Assembly: GCA_027450205.1 (NCBI GenBank)
Contig: DAIDJL010000004.1
Coordinates: 139,932-203,931 of the forward strand
DNA length: 64,000 nt
Source: Candidatus Parcubacteria bacterium
GTDB taxonomy: Bacteria; Patescibacteriota; Minisyncoccia; UBA6257; 2-01-FULL-56-20
Direction: 5' to 3'
Shown: one piece after another, positions 9,858-19,658 of the stretch
Layout: every line of letters starts with the position of its first letter
Numbering within the stretch: the stretch's first letter is position 1
Made by a program: the position numbers and the translations under genes
The notes under the pieces: model-generated
Database searches by the model: none
What the model saw: only the letters and a program-made list of their open reading frames with translations
What the model was told of the DNA's origin: nothing

Positions 9858-10310
9858 ATGTCCATCGGTTTTCAGCACGACATAGCTGTTTTCATTTGGG
9901 GATTGTCGCTAATCCAGGCGGGATTCTTTATCGTGACCGCGGTTCGCGGCAGGCAACTTCAGCAACAGAGAGCACGCTGCGGCGTTTCCCGTGAAAATGA
10001 CAATGTTCGCCATGAGCGGCTGGGAAAACGTTCGCTATTTGCGATGGCGGTGATCGTGGCTATCATTGATACCACGATCCACATCCTCAAGCTGCCGTAC
10101 TCACCCTTCTTTAAATGGGTCCACGCGCCGATCCTGGTTTTTCTGGTCCTCTTTCTTGCGCTAACCTTCATGTTCAACGGCAGGAAAGATCCGGCGCGGC
10201 ATGCGATCTTTGCTCCGCTTGCCGTGCTGTTTGTCATTGCGGCGACGATCACCGGGGATATTCTTGTTTACCAGCTTATTTGGCTTCACTACCCGACCGT
10301 TCTTCATTGA
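9858..10310 (+). CDS. Hypothetical polytopic small membrane protein
   Basis: GGGAGG RBS then ATG (MSIGF...); about 4 hydrophobic helices. Confidence 0.45.
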   Translation: MSIGFQHDIAVFIWGLSLIQAGFFIVTAVRGRQLQQQRARCGVSRENDNVRHERLGKRSLFAMAVIVAIIDTTIHILKLPYSPFFKWVHAPILVFLVLFLALTFMFNGRKDPARHAIFAPLAVLFVIAATITGDILVYQLIWLHYPTVLH

Positions 10311-10323
10311 GCGGCCGGGTTTT

Positions 10324-11118
10324 TTATATCTGTATCTTTGAGAAGAAATAGCTTCCAAGTCCGAGGAATACGGCGGTGACAACGGCTAGCACGGCAAAAT
10401 CCGTGCCGAGACCGAAGCTGCCGTTGTTCACAAGCAATATCCGGAACGAATCGATGCCGTACGAGAGCGGGTCGAATTTAACAATTCCAGCCAGTACGGC
10501 CGGCAGACCGTCAAGCGGGAAAAGTGCTCCGGAAAGGAAAAAGAGCGGCATAACGAGGAAGTTCATGATGAGCTGGAAGCCCTGCATGTCATCCAGGAGC
10601 GAAGCGATCGCGGCGCCAAGCGCGGCGAAAAGGAGTGCGACGAGCAACATGAAAAGGATCACCACGGGCACGAGCGCCCAGTTATACGGGCGGAAACCGA
10701 AGATCGTCACCAGTATGAGCACGAGCAGGCCCTGCATGGTGGCGACGGTTGCGCCGCCGAGCGTGCGGCCGATCATGATGTTGAGCCGGTTTACGGGCGC
10801 GACGAGCGTTTCTTTAAGGAATCCGAACTGCCGATCCCAGATCATTTGAATACCGGAGAATATTGCAGTGAAAATGATGCTCATGCCGATGATGCCGGGC
10901 GCAAGGAATTCAAAATAGTTTCCCTCCCCCGCTTTTGCGAATACCGAACCGAGGCCGTAGCCGAGCGCGAGCAAAAAGAGGAGCGGTTGGCCGAGCGAAC
11001 CGATAATGCGCGACTTCGAGCGCAAATAGCGCTTGATCTCGCGGAGCCATAAAATATAGATAGTTTTCATTGGGTTTGATATTGGAATTTGTCGCGCTAG
11101 CGCCTTCCTCCGCGCCAC
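10324..11118 (-). CDS. ABC-2 family transporter permease
   Basis: Six-TM ABC-2 permease pattern. GTG start overlaps the upstream ATPase gene (coupling); an internal ATG at about 11070 is an alternative start. Confidence 0.7.
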   Translation of the reverse strand: MARRKALARQIPISNPMKTIYILWLREIKRYLRSKSRIIGSLGQPLLFLLALGYGLGSVFAKAGEGNYFEFLAPGIIGMSIIFTAIFSGIQMIWDRQFGFLKETLVAPVNRLNIMIGRTLGGATVATMQGLLVLILVTIFGFRPYNWALVPVVILFMLLVALLFAALGAAIASLLDDMQGFQLIMNFLVMPLFFLSGALFPLDGLPAVLAGIVKFDPLSYGIDSFRILLVNNGSFGLGTDFAVLAVVTAVFLGLGSYFFSKIQI

Positions 11119-11900
11119 ATCCTGCCATGCGCGCGCATCTTGTCGGTGGTGCTCGCATCCTCGTCGCGGATCACCGTGCCGGTCAGTTTAAGGAATGCGT
11201 CTTCAAGCGAATTGGTTTTTGTCCGTGATTTCAGCTCCGCTGCGGTGCCGGACGCGACGATCTTCCCATGGTCGATGATGGCGATCCGTTGCGCGATGCG
11301 CTCGGCCTCTTCCATATAGTGCGTAGTAAAGAACACCGTGACCCCCTCCTTTTCGTTAAGGTCTTGAAGATAGCTCCACATATGATTGCGCGTCTGCGGA
11401 TCGAGGCCAAGAGTCGGTTCGTCAAGGAACAATACCGCAGGATGATGCAAAAGCCCGCGTGCGATCTCAAGGCGGCGCTTCATGCCGCCGGAAAACTCCT
11501 TTACCTGGCTGTCGCGTCGATCCCAAAGCTCAACGAAACTGAGCAATTGCTCGATCCGTTCTTTGCGGATCTTGCGCGGGACGCCATAGAGCACGCCATG
11601 GAGATCCATGTTTTCAAGCGCGGTAAGGTCATCGTCCAGGCTTGGATCCTGGAACACGATGCCGAACGAGCGGCGCACGGCATCGGCATCGTTCTTCGCG
11701 TCGTGGCCGTTCAGCTTGATGTCGCCGCCCGTGGGATTCAGGATCGTGGTCAGCATTTTTATCGTGGTGGACTTCCCCGCCCCGTTCGGTCCCAAAAACG
11801 CAAAAATCTCGCCTTTTTTGACGTCGAAGGAAATATCATCCACGGCGGTGAAATCACCGAATTTTTTGACCAGATGCTGCACTTCAATGATATTGTCCAT
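11097..11900 (-). CDS. ABC transporter ATP-binding protein (partner of the ABC-2 permease)
   Basis: Walker A GPNGAGKST, ABC signature, Walker B. Confidence 0.85.
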   Translation of the reverse strand: MDNIIEVQHLVKKFGDFTAVDDISFDVKKGEIFAFLGPNGAGKSTTIKMLTTILNPTGGDIKLNGHDAKNDADAVRRSFGIVFQDPSLDDDLTALENMDLHGVLYGVPRKIRKERIEQLLSFVELWDRRDSQVKEFSGGMKRRLEIARGLLHHPAVLFLDEPTLGLDPQTRNHMWSYLQDLNEKEGVTVFFTTHYMEEAERIAQRIAIIDHGKIVASGTAAELKSRTKTNSLEDAFLKLTGTVIRDEDASTTDKMRAHGRMWRGGRR

Positions 11901-11904
11901 TGAT

Positions 11905-11999
11905 GATGGTATTGATTAATTATAATACCATAATTATTCACTTACTTAACTACCCTGTGGATAACCATACCATTTTGGCCGATTATATGGTATAATACA
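11905..11999. promoter_or_regulatory. Divergent promoter/operator region with two TGGTAT...ATACCA inverted repeats; TATAAT sits 7 nt before the macA-like ATG
   Basis: IR1 TGGTATTgattaattatAATACCA and IR2 ATACCAttttggccgattatATGGTAT; -10 TATAAT at about 11991-11996. Confidence 0.35.
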
Positions 12000-12003
12000 A
12001 CGT

Positions 12004-13572
12004 ATGAACGCAATCATGGCACGCTTCGGGTTCGGGAAGAAAAAAATGATCATCGGGGTGGTAGTGGTGGCGGTCGCCGCACTGGGCTATTTTTTTGTCG
12101 CTTCGCGCGGCGGAGGCAAATATCAGTTCGTGGGAGTTACCCGGGGTACGATCACCGAAGTGGTCAGCGTCACCGGCAATACGACCCCGATCCAGAGCCT
12201 TGACCTTTCGTTCCCTGCGGGTGGAACCATTGCGGCGGTATATAAAAATGCCGGTGATAATGTGAGCGCGGGCGATGTTCTGGTGCAGCTCGATACGGGC
12301 AGCCTGCAGGCGCAGCTTGCACAGGCGCAGGCCGCAGTGGACGCGGCGCAGGCGACGCTTGAAGGGCTTCAGGCGGGACCGACGCCGCAGGCGGTGCAGG
12401 TTTCGAAAGCTGCCCTTGCGACCGCGGAGCAGACGCTTTCAAATACCTATACGGGCATTTCGAATGCGGTCATCGATGCATACGCCAAAGCGAGCGATGC
12501 GGTACGCAATCAGATCGGGGCGTTTTATAACAATCCCGATTCGAACAACCCCCAGCTTTCGTTCTCGGTCAGCGATTCGCAGGTGGTCAACGATGCGAAT
12601 GCGGAGCGCGTCCAGGTCGGACAGGAGCTGGCCGTATGGCAGAATGAGATCAATACACTTTCTCCCGCGGCGGGAACCTCCACATTGGCGCAAATTTTAC
12701 AGAGCACCGCCGGCCATCTTTCGGTTGTCGCGACAATGCTGAACACCGATGCGACCGCTGTCGTGGAGGAGAGCGGCCTTTCGGCGAGCGCGGCGCAGGC
12801 CTATAAGACCGACGTAACGAATGCGATCACGGAAGTGAACGGTGCGGCGGGCGCTATCAATACGATCCAGCAGAGTATCGCTTCGGAACAGGCTGCGGTC
12901 GCTCAGGCACAGGCCCAACTGAGCCTGACGCTCGCAGGATCCACCCCGCAGGCGATCGCCGCGCAGCAGGCGCAGGTGGAGCAGGCGCAGGCGAATGTGC
13001 AGAACATCAAGGTGAGCATCGCGAACGCGACGCTTTCATCCCCTATTAACGGCATTGTCACCGTGCAGAACGCCAAGATCGGGCAGACCGCGGTGGCGGG
13101 GCAAACGATCACATCCATTATTTCCGGAAACAATTTTGAAGTGGACGCCTATGTGCCGGAGACGGACATCGGAAAGGTCGCGATCGGAAACCCCGTCGAT
13201 ATGACCTTCGACGCGTTTCCCGGCGAGACGTTCTCCGGAAAGGTTTTTTATATCGATCCGGCCGAAACGATCCTGAGCGGCGTTGTTGATTATCTTGTAA
13301 AAGTATCATTTATCACTCCCGATGTGCGTATCAAGAGCGGTCTGACCGCGAATCTGGACATCAAGACGCAGACCGACAAGAATGCGCTTATCCTTCCGCA
13401 ATACGCCGTCGCGCAGAACGTGAGCGGCACGTTCGTTGATATTTTACAGAATGGCGTCGAGACGCAGGTGCCGGTGACGCTTGGCATCCGCGATCAGAAT
13501 GGCAATGTGGAGATTACTTCCGGCGTGACCGAAGGCGAACAGGTCATTAATATCGGATTAAAAACTCAGTAA
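12004..13572 (+). CDS. HlyD/MacA-family periplasmic adaptor (membrane fusion protein)
   Basis: N-terminal TM, long Ala/Gln coiled-coil, beta-barrel/lipoyl-like C-terminal segments; followed by MacB-type ABC genes. Confidence 0.8.
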   Translation: MNAIMARFGFGKKKMIIGVVVVAVAALGYFFVASRGGGKYQFVGVTRGTITEVVSVTGNTTPIQSLDLSFPAGGTIAAVYKNAGDNVSAGDVLVQLDTGSLQAQLAQAQAAVDAAQATLEGLQAGPTPQAVQVSKAALATAEQTLSNTYTGISNAVIDAYAKASDAVRNQIGAFYNNPDSNNPQLSFSVSDSQVVNDANAERVQVGQELAVWQNEINTLSPAAGTSTLAQILQSTAGHLSVVATMLNTDATAVVEESGLSASAAQAYKTDVTNAITEVNGAAGAINTIQQSIASEQAAVAQAQAQLSLTLAGSTPQAIAAQQAQVEQAQANVQNIKVSIANATLSSPINGIVTVQNAKIGQTAVAGQTITSIISGNNFEVDAYVPETDIGKVAIGNPVDMTFDAFPGETFSGKVFYIDPAETILSGVVDYLVKVSFITPDVRIKSGLTANLDIKTQTDKNALILPQYAVAQNVSGTFVDILQNGVETQVPVTLGIRDQNGNVEITSGVTEGEQVINIGLKTQ

Positions 13573-13587
13573 AAGGGATCGTTTTGG

Positions 13588-14298
13588 ATGATCGAAGTCA
13601 AAGACCTTAAAAAGGATTATACCGACGAAGGAGAAGTGACTTCCGCGCTGCGCGGGGTTTCCTTTACGATCAACAAAGGAGATTTTGTCTCCATTATGGG
13701 TCCGAGCGGTTCCGGAAAGTCCACGCTCGTGCAGATTTTAAGCTTTCTTGACCGTTCGACCGGCGGAAGCTATGAGTTCAACGGAAAGAAGATCGATGAT
13801 CTTTCCGACGTGGAGCTTGCGCGCATCCGCAATAAAAGCATCGGATTCGTATTCCAGTCGTTCAATCTTCTTACGCGGCTTACCGTCTATGAGAACGTTG
13901 AACTCCCACTCGTCTACTCCGACGTTCCGGTATCCGGCCGGAAAAAATTGATCGAAGATGCCGTGCATAGCGTTGGCTTGGATGAAAAATTGTACGTGGA
14001 AACGGCAAAGCTCTCCGGCGGGCAGAAACAGCGCATTGCGATCGCCCGCGCGCTGGTGAACGATCCGGATATCATTTTTGCCGATGAACCGACGGGCAAT
14101 CTTGACTCCGTTTCCGGCGCCCAAGTGATGTCCATTCTTGACGGGTTGAACCACAGCGGCCGCACGGTGATCCTTGTGACGCACGAGACGAACACCGCCG
14201 AGTTCGCTGATCGTATCATCCGCCTTCGCGATGGCATGGTGGAAAGCGACGAGAAAGTAAAGAACCCCCGGCACTCAAAGGACGAATTCTTCAAATAA
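13588..14298 (+). CDS. MacB/LolD-type ABC ATP-binding protein
   Basis: GPSGSGKST Walker A; LSGGQKQRIAIARAL signature. Confidence 0.85.
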   Translation: MIEVKDLKKDYTDEGEVTSALRGVSFTINKGDFVSIMGPSGSGKSTLVQILSFLDRSTGGSYEFNGKKIDDLSDVELARIRNKSIGFVFQSFNLLTRLTVYENVELPLVYSDVPVSGRKKLIEDAVHSVGLDEKLYVETAKLSGGQKQRIAIARALVNDPDIIFADEPTGNLDSVSGAQVMSILDGLNHSGRTVILVTHETNTAEFADRIIRLRDGMVESDEKVKNPRHSKDEFFK

Positions 14299-14317
14299 CG
14301 ATCGAATATCATTTGAC

Positions 14318-15565
14318 ATGCGCGTAAGCGATCTTATCAAATCTTCCCGGGCAACGCTCAAACACGGCAAGATGCGTTCGCTTTTGACGATGCTCGGTAT
14401 CGTGATCGGCATCTCATCGGTGATCATCCTGATGTCCATCGGCGCATCGGCGCAGGACTATATTTTGGGCCAGGTGCAGGGGCTCGGCTCAAATTTGATC
14501 ATTATCCTTCCCGGAGGAACCAATAACGGGAAATTCTCATCCCCCGCCGCGGCACAGGGCATCATTGTCACAAGCTTGAAGCAACAGGATGTCGACGCGC
14601 TCGGCCGCGACCCGTCGGTCGCCGCGGTGACGGAGGAATCGCGCGGCCAGGCAACCGCGGCGTTCGGCGACAACAGCATGGTGACCACGTTCGACGGGGT
14701 TCCGGCGAACTTCTTTACGGTGCGTAATTTCGCCGTACAAAACGGCTATCCGTTCACCGATGCGGACGTCCAGGCATATAACCACGTGGCGGTCATCGGT
14801 TCCTCGCTCGCGGATACGCTTTTTGGCGCCGGGTCCGACCCGGTGGGTCAATATATCCAGGTGAAGAACATCCAGTTCCGCGTCGTTGGCGTGCTGGCCA
14901 AGAAGGGCACCGGGGCGTTCGGCATCGACCAGGATAATCTGGTGCTGGTTCCGATCACGGTCGCGCAAAAGCAGATGCTCGGCGTGGATTACTTTACCGA
15001 CGTGATGGTGCAGGCGAACGATTCATATAACATCGATTTCGTGAAAGCGCGCGTGCAGAATATTTTAGAACAGGACCACAACATCACCGACCCCAATAAA
15101 GATGATTTTACGATAGAGACGCAGCAGGACGTGCTTTCGCTGCTTGGCAATATCACGAACATTCTGACATTGTTCCTGGCTGCGATCGCATCCATCTCGC
15201 TCATCGTCGGCGGCATCGGCATCATGAACATCATGCTCGTATCCGTCATTGAGCGCACGAAAGAGATCGGCCTGCGCAAATCCGTCGGCGCAACGAACAA
15301 CGATATTCTCCAGCAATTTCTTGTTGAGTCGGTGATGCTCACGTTCATCGGCGGCATTATCGGCATCGCGCTTGGCGGCGTGGTGGTTGGGCTGGCCTGG
15401 CTCGTCATCACGAAGGTCTTTGCCGTTGCATGGACCTTTGAATTCCCGCTTACGGCGATCCTGCTGGCCGTTGCCGTCTCGAGCGTCACCGGTATCGCAT
15501 TCGGCATCTATCCCGCCCGCCAGGCGGCGCGGAAAAGCCCGATCGAGGCGTTGAGGTATGAATAA
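14318..15565 (+). CDS. MacB/FtsX-type ABC permease
   Basis: N-terminal TM, large extracytoplasmic domain, C-terminal FtsX-like 3-TM bundle. Confidence 0.85.
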   Translation: MRVSDLIKSSRATLKHGKMRSLLTMLGIVIGISSVIILMSIGASAQDYILGQVQGLGSNLIIILPGGTNNGKFSSPAAAQGIIVTSLKQQDVDALGRDPSVAAVTEESRGQATAAFGDNSMVTTFDGVPANFFTVRNFAVQNGYPFTDADVQAYNHVAVIGSSLADTLFGAGSDPVGQYIQVKNIQFRVVGVLAKKGTGAFGIDQDNLVLVPITVAQKQMLGVDYFTDVMVQANDSYNIDFVKARVQNILEQDHNITDPNKDDFTIETQQDVLSLLGNITNILTLFLAAIASISLIVGGIGIMNIMLVSVIERTKEIGLRKSVGATNNDILQQFLVESVMLTFIGGIIGIALGGVVVGLAWLVITKVFAVAWTFEFPLTAILLAVAVSSVTGIAFGIYPARQAARKSPIEALRYE

Positions 15566-15619
15566 AAAAAATGACGAGGGAGGTCCCGATGCGACTTCCT
15601 CTCTAGATTGTAAAATAAC

Positions 15620-15648
15620 AAAAAACTCCAGTGAAATGGAGCTTTTTT
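15620..15648. terminator. Bidirectional rho-independent terminator
   Basis: AAAAAACTCCA-gtgaaa-TGGAGCTTTTTT. Confidence 0.7.
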
Positions 15649-15668
15649 GCCGTTGATCTCCGCTAAAT

Positions 15669-16082
15669 TTATCCCCTCGCCTTTTTTGTCGGCCTTGCCC
15701 TGCGCACCGGTTTTTTCTTTGCCGCCTTCTTCGGTGTATACTTGCTCGCCATCTTTTTTGCTTCGGCGTGGATACGCTTCCACTCCCCTTTCAGATCCTT
15801 TCCCGCCGCGAGCATTTCCGCCGCAGCCATTTTTTCGAGCGGGCCGTAGTGTTTGATCGCCTGGTCTACGATACGCGCATATTCTTTTGCACCAAGTTTT
15901 TTTGCGATCTTTGCATTCTTTGCTACCTCCTTGCGCGCACTTACAACCCACTTCTTCGCTCTCGCCTTGGTCTTTTTGTCTGAGAGAAGGTAGGCTCCGG
16001 CCGCAGCCGCGAGTGCCGCCGCCGTCACCGCGCCGCCGAGCTCCCACGCCTTTGCGCTCCCCGATTTCTTTTTTGTCGCCAT
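15669..16082 (-). CDS. Lys/Ala-rich basic small protein (histone H1/Hc1-like composition); function unknown
   Basis: 137 aa, about 30% Lys plus abundant Ala, no hydrophobic core. Confidence 0.35.
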   Translation of the reverse strand: MATKKKSGSAKAWELGGAVTAAALAAAAGAYLLSDKKTKARAKKWVVSARKEVAKNAKIAKKLGAKEYARIVDQAIKHYGPLEKMAAAEMLAAGKDLKGEWKRIHAEAKKMASKYTPKKAAKKKPVRRARPTKKARG

Positions 16083-16113
16083 ATTCGTTATAAAATTAAA
16101 TGATTAAAATTTA

Positions 16114-16389
16114 TTATTTCTTCGACCTTGCTTTCGTTTTCTTGAAAAGGTTCTTTGCGAACATCATAAAACGCTCAATACGAAACCCTTCTTTCTTGAT
16201 ATCACCCCTCAGCTCGCCGATATCCTCGCGAAACAATACCGTTTCTTCCTTCACCTGCCTGGTTATTTCTTTGATGTCGCTCAACACGTTTGCCAGATAG
16301 ATGAGCGCGATGGTGAGCGCGACCGCTACCACGATGACGGCGATCGTCGTCACAAAAAAGAAAATGTCGGCATGCACCAATGTGTTCAT
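16114..16389 (-). CDS. Hypothetical small membrane protein
   Basis: Single N-terminal TM, charged C-terminus. Confidence 0.35.
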   Translation of the reverse strand: MNTLVHADIFFFVTTIAVIVVAVALTIALIYLANVLSDIKEITRQVKEETVLFREDIGELRGDIKKEGFRIERFMMFAKNLFKKTKARSKK

Positions 16390-16397
16390 ATTTGAAA

Positions 16398-17591
16398 TTA
16401 TAACATATCGCCGCGTGCGGTGCGGGTGTTACTCAGCCGATCCAGCGCTTTCTGCTTGTCCGCAAGCGGGAGGCGCGTCTTTCGCACGGCTTTGCCCAGC
16501 ATCATGATCGTCTCGTCGTAGGTCTTCCGGTCAACGGGATACGGCGTGGCATCCTTGCCGCCATGCGCGAAACTATAGCGGGCGGGATCCTCGTATGACG
16601 GCGATGCGCCGTAGATGACCTCGCCCACGAGCGCGAGCGCCCGCATGGTCTTTGCGCCCACGCCTTCGGTGGCCAGGAGTTTTTCGTAGCTCCCCGGCCT
16701 TTCGTCGGTCACTTTCGCAAGTATTTTCTCCAGATATTTGCTCTTGGCAAAATCCTCGTGTACGACGGGGTGATATTTGAACTCGCGTGTTTCGAGATTG
16801 AGCAGCGTGAGTTGCTGGCTCGGACGGCCATCGCCGCCGATCTGGATCTTCGCCATTTGCGAAAGCCGTGAGGAATATTTGCGTAGGAGCGTGATATCCT
16901 TCATCAGCGTCGCATAACCGGCGTGGGTAAGCTCGGTGGATATCTCGCGTGTCTTGTCGCTCTTTGCAGCGCTGAGATCGAGCACGGTCTTTAATGTGAC
17001 CGGCGAAGAAATGCCCGAATGCGGTTCGGATACGAGGTCGTTCACATTCTCCGAATACCAGTGGTACCGGCGCGCGGTGCCACGGTCCGCGTTCATCCCC
17101 TGTTGGACGACCGCCCACGCGCCGCCACGCGAGAAGAAGAATGCATGGTGGTAGAGCTGGAACCCGTCCTGCACGAGCGCGGAATCCACCTTGGCGCTCA
17201 TCTTTGAGTTATAGACAAGCTTGTTCGTCTGCGCCACGGGCAGCGCCAGGCGTTCGCCCCACGCCATGATCTCGTCCGGCGTTTTGCGTGATGTCTTCCC
17301 TTTCCCGCCGGCGATCACGATACCGAAGTCCGCTTCGTGTCCGCGTATCGCCTCTTTCAGCGCCGCGGTCAAAATGGTGGTGAGACCGCTCGCATTCCAG
17401 TCGAATGCGAGCACCGTGCCAAGCGATTGGAACCAGGCCGGGTCCGCGATGCGCTTGATGAATTCGTCCGGGCCATATTCGGCCACAAGCACATACATCA
17501 TTTCGCGTCCGAGCTTTACCATGCGCTCAAAAAGCCACGGCGGGCAGTGGCCGGAATCGAGCCCGAAGGAAGCTATGCCGCGCTGGATCAT
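16398..17591 (-). CDS. Conserved protein resembling the archaeal/CPR DUF763 family; start placed at MIQRGIASF
   Basis: About 400 aa with no known catalytic motif. Family assignment is from memory of DUF763 and should be verified. The internal start avoids an 80-nt overlap with the rseP-like gene. Confidence 0.45.
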   Translation of the reverse strand: MIQRGIASFGLDSGHCPPWLFERMVKLGREMMYVLVAEYGPDEFIKRIADPAWFQSLGTVLAFDWNASGLTTILTAALKEAIRGHEADFGIVIAGGKGKTSRKTPDEIMAWGERLALPVAQTNKLVYNSKMSAKVDSALVQDGFQLYHHAFFFSRGGAWAVVQQGMNADRGTARRYHWYSENVNDLVSEPHSGISSPVTLKTVLDLSAAKSDKTREISTELTHAGYATLMKDITLLRKYSSRLSQMAKIQIGGDGRPSQQLTLLNLETREFKYHPVVHEDFAKSKYLEKILAKVTDERPGSYEKLLATEGVGAKTMRALALVGEVIYGASPSYEDPARYSFAHGGKDATPYPVDRKTYDETIMMLGKAVRKTRLPLADKQKALDRLSNTRTARGDML

Positions 17592-17629
17592 AGCTCTATT
17601 ATAGCGCTTTTGGGAAGGGTTTTTACCGC

Positions 17630-18709
17630 CTAAAACAACCCATGGATGTCCCGCACGGTTAGCACCACCATCAATAAAAGCAGCAAAGCAAAGCCAATGC
17701 CGTTGATCCACGCTTCCACTTTATACGGCATCGCCGAACCTTTTATTTTTTCTACGATCACCATGAGGAACCGGCCGCCGTCAAGCGCCGGGAACGGGAT
17801 GCAGTTGACGATCATCAGGTTGATGGAGATGATCCCGAGAAATTGCAAAAGGTACGCAAGGCCGATCTTGCCGGTTTCCTCCGCGATGCCAAAGATGCCG
17901 ACAGGCCCGACGACGTCGGCGGGGATGGAGGCATGGATGAATATCTGCTTCACCAATTCATAGAACGCCTGAAGTGTGAGCCATGAGATGATCGCGGCAT
18001 CCTGCAGACCGTTCCACAGCGCCGCGAAGAAATTTTCCCGCGCCGCGCCGCCCTCTTCCAATGCTACGCCGAGCGCGCCCTGATCCGCGGGCGGGTTTAC
18101 CCGTGGCGTCATGGTGAAGGTCAGGTCCTTATCGCTCCGGATGACCGTGACGGTGACCGGTTTGCCTTCATTTGCGTCAATATAATTAATGAAGCTTTGT
18201 GCATCAGTGTAGCCTTTGATTACATCGCCGGACTGCAATCCGGCTGCCGCCGCGGGTGAACCCGCCTGCGTTGCCGAGATCACAAGCGTCTGCGGGACGC
18301 CAATCATGAACACGGCGGCGATGAGCAGCCATCCGAGGATAAAGTTCATAAAAACGCCCGCAAGTACGATCGCGCTCTTTTTCCACGCCGGCTGGTTATA
18401 GAAGAGGCGCGCCTGGTCCGCGTCGCCTGTTGGTGTCGCGTCGCCCGGATGGGCGGCGGCATCCATACCATCAGGATTGATCCCTTCAAACTCTCCCCGC
18501 TCGCCGCTGATGCGCACAAATCCCCCGAATGGCAGCCAGTTGATGCTGTATTCCGTATCGCCGAATTTTCGCGCCGTTATGCGCGGCGGGAAGCCGATGC
18601 CGAACTCGTCAACCTTCAGTCCGAATAATTTTGCCACGAAAAAATGCCCGGCTTCGTGGCCGAGGATCAAAAATGATAATCCGACAATGACAAGAACAAC
18701 GATGAGCAT
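17630..18709 (-). CDS. RseP-like site-2 protease (peptidase M50 with PDZ domain)
   Basis: HEAGH zinc motif in TM1, PDZ-like middle domain, C-terminal ALDGGRF motif. Start placed at MLIVVLVIV (the listed ORF begins at an upstream TTG). Confidence 0.8.
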   Translation of the reverse strand: MLIVVLVIVGLSFLILGHEAGHFFVAKLFGLKVDEFGIGFPPRITARKFGDTEYSINWLPFGGFVRISGERGEFEGINPDGMDAAAHPGDATPTGDADQARLFYNQPAWKKSAIVLAGVFMNFILGWLLIAAVFMIGVPQTLVISATQAGSPAAAAGLQSGDVIKGYTDAQSFINYIDANEGKPVTVTVIRSDKDLTFTMTPRVNPPADQGALGVALEEGGAARENFFAALWNGLQDAAIISWLTLQAFYELVKQIFIHASIPADVVGPVGIFGIAEETGKIGLAYLLQFLGIISINLMIVNCIPFPALDGGRFLMVIVEKIKGSAMPYKVEAWINGIGFALLLLLMVVLTVRDIHGLF

Positions 18710-18820
18710 GATGGTCTGTGAAAGCTTACTAAGTATATCAGATGTCCGGCAAAACGGTAGCTTGACGCAATGCCATAATTTCTGCTTTAATGATGCCAGC
18801 GCCAACTTCAGGAGACCGGT

Positions 18821-19063
18821 ATGAAGAAGAATATTTTGCGATGGATATGCATGGCGGTAAATGCCGCCCTCTTCGTTTCGAGCTATATATCTTTCAGGAT
18901 CGGAATGAAGGCAGAATCCCTCCACGTCGCCGTATGGGGTAAGACATTCTTCGAGTGGATGGTCATTGTAACAATATTGGGGATAGCATCTGTCATCGCC
19001 ATAGCGGCGTCGTGCTGGATGATCGACCGCGTTGACCAAACGCCTCAGGAGGAGTCTTCCTGA
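18821..19063 (+). CDS. Hypothetical small 2-TM membrane protein
   Basis: 80 aa with two hydrophobic helices. Confidence 0.35.
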   Translation: MKKNILRWICMAVNAALFVSSYISFRIGMKAESLHVAVWGKTFFEWMVIVTILGIASVIAIAASCWMIDRVDQTPQEESS

Positions 19064-19074
19064 GGCGTTTTTTA
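19041..19074. terminator. Bidirectional rho-independent terminator overlapping the stop of the 80-aa ORF
   Basis: CGCCTCAGGA-ggagtct-TCCTGAGGCG followed by TTTTTT. Confidence 0.8.
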
Positions 19075-19632
19075 TTCTCCCAATTCCCCCAACTTTCCGT
19101 TCACCATCGCCTCGATGTCCCCGTTCGCCTTGTCTATCACCTTTTGGATCCTTTCTTTGCCTTTATACGCGTCATCCTCGGTGATCTCTTTCTTCCCCTC
19201 GGAGTCCTTGAGGCGCTTCATTGCGTCGTCGCGCCGGGCGCGAACTTGGATGCGTGCCGCTTCGGATATTTTTTTGACGAGTTTCGTCATTTCATCGCGC
19301 CGTTCGTCGCCAAGCGGCGAGAGTGTTGCGCGGATGGTGTTGCCGTCGTTGTTCGTTGACAGTCCGAGATGCGCGTCATCGATCGCTTTCATGACCGCGC
19401 CGATCGCGCCCGGATCCCAGACGGTGATCTGGATGGTTCGCGGCGGCAGCACGCTGAGCGATCCGAGTTCCCGTATGCTGAGCTGCTGGTCGTAGAGATT
19501 CAGCCGGATATCCTGGATCATGTCCGGCGACGGCCGGTTGCCGCGGATCTGAGCGAAGTCCTGTTTTAGCTTTGTCGTCACCCCGGCGAGCGCGCCTTCG
19601 AGGTCTTTTGTTATTTGTTCGGAGATGGTCAT
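19072..19632 (-). CDS. frr: Ribosome recycling factor
   Basis: 186 aa with full-length RRF similarity (…RGNRPSPDMIQDIRL…). Confidence 0.9.
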   Translation of the reverse strand: MTISEQITKDLEGALAGVTTKLKQDFAQIRGNRPSPDMIQDIRLNLYDQQLSIRELGSLSVLPPRTIQITVWDPGAIGAVMKAIDDAHLGLSTNNDGNTIRATLSPLGDERRDEMTKLVKKISEAARIQVRARRDDAMKRLKDSEGKKEITEDDAYKGKERIQKVIDKANGDIEAMVNGKLGELGE

Positions 19633-19658
19633 ATTTGCGTGTGATAAAAATTTAATGG

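Noticed and set aside
16398-17711. Listed start of the DUF763-like ORF at 17711
   Set aside because: It would overlap the rseP-like gene by about 80 nt; the internal ATG at about 17591 leaves a 39-nt spacer.
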